A stretch of 64,000 bases of DNA from the human T2T-CHM13v2.0 reference genome, Homo sapiens: the NCBI RefSeq assembly GCF_009914755.1, contig NC_060925.1; one strand, 5' to 3'. Position numbers and translations under genes: made by a program. How positions within the stretch are numbered: the stretch's first letter is position 1; each line of letters starts with the position of its first letter. Below, piece after piece: positions 57,561 to 64,000 of this stretch. The notes below the pieces were generated by a model, which did no database searches, had not been told where the DNA came from, and saw only the letters and a program-made list of their open reading frames with translations.

Positions 57561-59236
57561 GTTATTACAATATTTTGCGTCTTGATACATGCTTAAATAA
57601 CTTTCTGTTTCTTGAGTGTCCTGAAATTAAGCATAAAAGTTTCTAGGTATTTTCTGAAGCATTTCGGCTGCTTCAAAATCAATAATTGCAAAATTTTAAA
57701 TTTCACTTGGGCTGTTTATTTGCCCTTGGAGATGTGCATATTCCGGTTTTGAATGGGTAACAAAATAGATTTTGATAGAAATGTTTAAGCCAGAGGCTCC
57801 ACGTATATGCAGCTTAGACAGGTACTTCATCTTTGAAAGTAAATAGATTTTTTTCTCATTTTGTAAATTGAGAGTACATTAAAATGTTTAATTTGGGGGA
57901 AGAAGTATGGGACAAAAAAATTATCCATGGGTCAGGATGGAGATAGAATAGCCAATGAAGTCTTTTTTCTTTAGTTTTATAATGCATATCTATAGCAAAA
58001 AGGACAAAATGTGACATGCTTGCCAATATTACCCTATAGTTACCTAGCACACAACTGTGATCCATAATAATAAACAAAGAAAGAAAGAAAACACTCCAAA
58101 AAAAGGCCATTTGCTTTGGTTTAGACAAAGCCACCTGACATTTGGGATGAAGGTCAATTACAGTAACAGACAAAATGCAGCCAAATTTGACAATTTTGTA
58201 AAACAGCATGGGTTTCCTTTAAATAAGAAGGGAGGAGGCCTGAAATTAATACTGAGCTTAGCTCATTGCCTCTCTCTAGTGTGAATTATCTAGTACAAAT
58301 ACAGTGCATGTGAAGAGCTTCTCAGAGTCCATTATCACTTGCTATTGGAATCTCTGCATGTGCGCTCGATGAAAACTTTCCAAATCATCTCGTGAAACCC
58401 AATCTGCTTGAACTCCATTTTTGGTGATAGGTTTCTATTTCTTTATTGCATCACCTGGTCAAGGCTGTGAAGCTGCCAAAAATCTTTATTCTCAGTGAAC
58501 TCGGTCTTCCTATCTGGGAACATAAGTAGCTCCTTTGCTCTCACCTAGCAGACCGAGACTTTTTATGTCTACTGACCCCCTTGTTCCAAATATATTCTTT
58601 GATTTTATTCAGATGCAGAAAAAAAATAAGTGATAGCTTAAGGGTCAATACCTTATTAGGAACTAACAGAGCCATGCCTTGCACTTACAAAAAGACACTA
58701 ATGTCAGTCTAGGGTATCTATCACCCAATAAATAGGAGGATTGTCATGTGGATTTGGGAGAAAGGTGGACACACATATAAAGGCTACCTCTCTCCATTTA
58801 CATGTGAGGTTGGCAGTGTTTACAAAACAACACAGGTAAATTAATTGCCTTTTCAAAGAGTCATAAGCCACATCTTGTTAGAAACAACAATTCATAAAGG
58901 AGTAAATTGGCATTCCCTTATATCTACTTCTATGCCCATTGTCATTGAGTCAATTTAAACCATTACTATGTAACCTATCTTAAGGAAAAAAGTCTCCTGA
59001 TGAGATTACAAGTTTCCAGATCGGTCCTCCATATTACCACCAGAGTCATCTTCCAAAAGAAAAATTATGTTTGGTTACTTCACTTCCAAAAATTCTTCAA
59101 GGATCCTCAGTTACCTAAGGGATAAAGACCAGACTTCTCAGCGAGACATAGAAAACTCACTGATTAGATACAACTACAACCTATTCAGCTATGGACCCCG
59201 AAGATTTTCACTCAGAAGACAATCATACCAAGGTTT

Positions 59237-59547
59237 TTTTGTTTGATTTGTTTTTGTTTTTTTGTTTTTGAGAGAGTCTTGGTCTGTTGCACAGCCTGGA
59301 GTGCAGTGGCAAGATCTTGGCTCACTGCAACCTCGTTTCCCAGGTTCAAATGATTCTCATGCCTCAGCCTCCAGAGTGGCTGGGACTACCGATGTGCACC
59401 ACCATGCCTGGCTAACTTTTGTATTTTTAGTAGGATGGGGTTTCACCATGTTGGCCAGGCTGGTCTCAAATTCCTGGCCTCAAGTGATCTATCCGCCTCA
59501 GCCTCCCAAAGTGCCAGGATTAGAAGCGTGAGCCACTGTGCCCAGCC
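59237..59547 (-). mobile_element. AluS (Sx/Sz-like) SINE
   Basis: Dimeric Alu on minus strand; TSD CATACCAAGGTTT at 59224-59236 and 59548-59560. Confidence 0.92.
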
Positions 59548-61079
59548 CATACCAAGGTTTGGAACAGATTCTGCCTGAGTCAGTTAAACTCTTTGGGAAG
59601 ATCAGGCAGTAGAGTCCAGTTTTCCTGCCCTTAGACTGGTCATTGTTATGCTGTGTGTTAACCCTTAGCATGTATAAGCCCACCAAGATTCAGCCGTCTC
59701 ACTGACTTTTCAATGTTTGTCTAATTCTTATATGTTTAGGCTTTAATTTCCTTGTTCACCCTCCACTTCTAACACCAGGATTCTAGCTCTGTACTGAAAG
59801 TTAGCCTGCTTGAACAGGTTTGTAGCATGCTACATAACTAGAGTAACAGTCATATCACTGGACTTCACAGCTGGCTGGAGATCTGACCCAACTTAAATGG
59901 TCACTTACATGAGATGAGACTTTGTTATCACCATCATCTTGAGACTCCTACAGCTGTGTTGTATGCAATAGGTCAGAACTTTAGCACATCAGTGCCAATC
60001 CAAATAGCGCCAAATGAGCCATCTGAAGCCAGTGTATGCTGAAGTTAATTGTCCTAATCCTAGCCCTACTCTTCTAGGATTACTGCATCTTTAACCAGTT
60101 TGTACCTAACAGGACCCAACATACCTTTGGCATATTCCACATAAGTTACTGTTCTACAGTCTAGACACTGATTCTTAAATGCAACATGATGCTCTTTTTA
60201 CATCCACCCTGACCCATGTTATTTGCTCCTCTTAGGCTTTCCTTACCTTCGTCCAATCATCCAACTTATATCTTTTAAATGCTACTCCTATGAAGTCCTC
60301 ATTAAAATCCTAAAGCTTTCTCCTACTTGGAGCATGCCTCGAGCATACAACTTCTCAGACTGCATTGCTACTGTTTCATCCACAAAAGACTGAGACCTCC
60401 TCAAGATCTAGCTTAGCCCTTAACAGCTCCTTCCTCACTCACAGCTGAGACCATATGTGCCCTATAAAAATGTCCCTGGGGCTACTCCAACATTTCATGG
60501 AGTTTATCCAGAATCCACTCCCACTCTTTAGTCCAAATCCCTTGTTTTAGTCTAATACTCACTTGCCTTAGTTCCAAATGCCTTATTCCTGAATAAACTG
60601 ATAGTTTCTGCCCTCTCTGCCTTGCCTCTTAAGGTTGACCCTTAAACTGTCTCCCTGGCTTTTAATTTCAATTGCATCCTTGGATCTACTTGAGCTCCTT
60701 GCTCGTACATGCTCTGGCCAGAAACACACAGTTTGTGTCCAACCGAGTCTCTAGGGACTCTGAGTTAGGTTCTATTTGTCAAGGCAGTGAGTTTTGACAA
60801 AATAAATAAATATATTTGAGGTTTATAAAGTTTTTCCTAGTGAAAGAGAACAATGGCCTCTTCTTCATTAGGAGCAGTTACTGGTTTATGTTTTGAAAAG
60901 TAGAGTGTAAGATATCTGCTCTGCAACACATGATTCCTAGCCAGGGAAAGGGTTCCACAGATGAAACCCGAAGTGACATAATGTAAAAATGAAGACCACT
61001 TCAGATATTAATTTACTCAGTGAAAAAGATGACCACAATAGGAACAGTCATGGAAATACCTTAATCATCACTTCATTCC

Positions 61080-61440
61080 TCATCCCTCCCCCTTCTTTAT
61101 AGTGACCTTTCCAAGTTCCACACACATGTCATGGTCTTCTCACACTGTTGCACCTACTATAAACTCTACCAATAATACCCTCCCCTCTGTTTTTCCCCTC
61201 ATCATATTTTTGTCTTTCAGATTTGGGTAAATATCATTAACTGTAGGAAGTCTTTTTTGACTTCCTAATTGCACACAGTGCTCCTCTCATTAAAGATAAT
61301 TTTTGTTAGTTTGTTTGCAACTCCCACAAGACTTTAAATTCAATTAGGACAGGGAATGTGAGTTTAGATAGTTGAGCAGATGGTACAGCATGCAGTCGTT
61401 AGTTCATGTTGAATATATATTTGTTAAGCGAATGAATGGA
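61080..61440 (+). mobile_element. L2 3' end
   Basis: Ends ATATATTTGTTAAGCGAATGAATGGA. Confidence 0.55.
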
Positions 61441-62151
61441 CAAAAGTAATTGCTATCACTTATATATGATGTAGCCGTACACAGGAGACATGACAATATG
61501 TATGTACACGGAGCTGATTCAGACTAGATGTGTTCTCTATGGTGGGATAATAATGGGAAGGTGGGGGAGGATAGGAAAAGGCATTGAACCAGTAAAGACA
61601 CTAAGTTCAGACACTGATGAGTGGCAGATGTCGTGACCAGAAGAAATTTTTGGTATCAAAAACTATAGCTGAGATAACAGAAGATATCTCTGTTGGCAGA
61701 TGGGAGCCTGGTAAAAAGAAGATTTAGATCAGAAAATGTTCATTAATACAGGCAAGCAAGTAACTTTAGAGGGATCTTAGAAGAAGTCATTACCATGACT
61801 AAGAAGGATTGATATAAGAAGTGTAAGAATTGTTTAATATTGAAAAATCTAAATAATATAATCTATCACATTAATAGACTTAAAGAGAAAAATCACATAA
61901 TTATCTCCATAGACGCTGAAAAAGCCTTTAATAACATCCAATAACAATAGAAAATGAATAATAAAACTAAAACAATAAAATAATTCAGTCATACAGCAGA
62001 ATATAAGATAAACATTAAAGCCTGTACATAAATAAGAAGCAGGTAGAAGATATAATAGAAGAGAAAATTCCATTAATGCTTTCATAAAAATGAGTAAAAT
62101 CCTGAGGGATAAACTTACAAGAAATGTGTGAAGCTGACATGAAGGAAGTTA

Positions 62152-62757
62152 CAGTAGTCCTCGCTTATGCATGGAAACTACATTCCAACAACCCCAGTGG
62201 ATGTCTGAAACTGCAGATAGTACTAAACCCTACATGTACTATGCACAGATTTCTTTTTTCTTCTATGTAAGATTTCTTTTTCCTCTTCATGATTTCATGG
62301 ATAGAAGTTTTAGATGTGGTATTCAATATTTTTCTTGCCTTAAGTCAAAGATTTCAGCTTTTCACTTAAAAACAACACTTTCTGGATTCTCCTTTTGGCA
62401 TCTCTGAATTGCCAATATCATTACTTTTTTGCTTTGAGGCAGTTATTAAATCAAATAAAGGTTACTTGAACACACAGGTATCGCGATATCATAACAACTG
62501 ATTTGATAACCAAGATGGCTACTATGTGACTCCTTGGCAGGTAGTGTAGACAGTGTGGATATGCTGGAAACGGGCTGATTCACATCCCAGGCAAGATGGT
62601 GTGTAACGGCATCACACTATTCAGAACAACACACAATTTAAATTAAATTTATGAATTGTTTATTTCTGGAATTTTTTATTTAATATTTTTAGATTACAAT
62701 TGACCTTGGGTAACTGAAGCCACGGAAAGCAAAACGGTGGATAAGGGGCAACTACTG
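62152..62757 (+). mobile_element. MER44/Tigger7-family DNA transposon
   Basis: TIRs CAGTAGTCCTCGCTTATGC / GGATAAGGGGCAACTACTG with TA TSD on both sides. Confidence 0.85.
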
Positions 62758-62923
62758 TATAAAACACTTCTGAAAAACCAAAAGTAGACATGAACAAATG
62801 GAAGTACACCTCAACATCATCAATTGTATCAGCTGTCCCAAAGTTATTTATAAATTAAATATATTCCTAATAAAATACCAAGGAGCTTTTTCCCTGAGCT
62901 AGGCAAGGTGATAACAAAATTCA

Positions 62924-63243
<320 letters not shown>

Positions 63244-63343
63244 AAATAGACCAAAAGGGAAAGCCAGAAAAAATATTTTTTAAAGAGATATAAGAAAGTA
63301 CTAACCATACCAGATATTAGAACATACTAAAAAACCTCTTTAA

Positions 63344-63542
63344 CAGCATTATCCAGTGGACCTTTTGTGATGATGGAACTTTTTGTATCTGCACTGTCCA
63401 ATAAAATAGCCACATGTGGCTAAATGAACACTTAAAATATACCTAGTGCAACTAAACAACTGAAGTTTTAATTTTATTTCATTATAATAAATTTAAATTT
63501 CAGTAACCACATGTGGCTAAGACCTACTATATTAAATAAGCA
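63344..63542. mobile_element. MER3 hAT-Charlie fossil
   Basis: CTTTTGTGATGATGGAA...CTGCACTGTCCAAT...AGCCACATGTGGCTA (palindromic motif twice). Confidence 0.75.
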
Positions 63543-63850
63543 TAACTTTGCAATTAAGTATGGAATTGATGCAAGAATAAGCAGACCAGTTAAGTAGAAT
63601 ATTAGGTCTAAAACTAGATTCTCTCTCACACACACACACCTATAAAAAATTCATTCACACTATAAACAAAATCTTCCCATGTGCCAGATATGCTGGAAGT
63701 AATTAGGACAGAAAAGTGGATAAGAACTAATAAATTCACAATCCATGATGAACAATGATGGAAAATAACGGAGGGTGTTATAAGTGCTCACGAGAAGTCA
63801 CTGATTCCTCCCTGCTGCTCTATATACTTTACCCAGACTCACCAATTTCA

Positions 63851-63943
63851 ACATATACACACACACACACACGTACATATACATATGTACACATACACAT
63901 ACATATGTACATGTATATGTGTGTGTGTGTATATATATACATG
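63851..63943. repeat. Alternating purine-pyrimidine (CA)n/(TA)n/(TG)n tract
   Basis: ~90 bp of essentially uninterrupted RY alternation. Confidence 0.85.
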
Positions 63944-64000
63944 CTATGTAAAAGATGTTATCAATGGGACAAAGAAGACCTCCTTAATAAATGGTGCTGG

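Overview
AT-rich human/great-ape genomic DNA (intergenic or deep intronic), mostly transposable elements: L1 of many ages, two complete THE1 MaLR proviruses, MER4D and LTR47 solo LTRs, a full-length Hsmar1 mariner, Tigger3a/MER44/MER115/MER3/MER5A DNA-transposon fossils, Alus, L2 and MIR. I recognise no host protein-coding exon or RNA gene; nearly all long ORFs are TE remnants (L1 ORF2, THE1 internal ORF, Hsmar1 transposase). The notable structures are rearrangement scars. (1) A perfect 96-bp-arm palindrome at 7837-8041 whose right arm lies between the TSDs of a tiny L1PA3-type insertion (fold-back templated synthesis). (2) A young L1 at 48570-50339 with a twin-primed 5' inversion, ~1.6-kb internal loss, ~180-bp 3' transduction and 25-bp TSD. 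(3) That L1 and the L1PA3 at 36611-39797 form a ~1.28-kb inverted repeat sharing three non-consensus variants, a candidate for gene conversion or inversion. (4) An inverted 317-bp local copy of part of the MER4D LTR, plus other local templated duplications. Subfamily names come from my recollection of consensus sequences, not from a database run.
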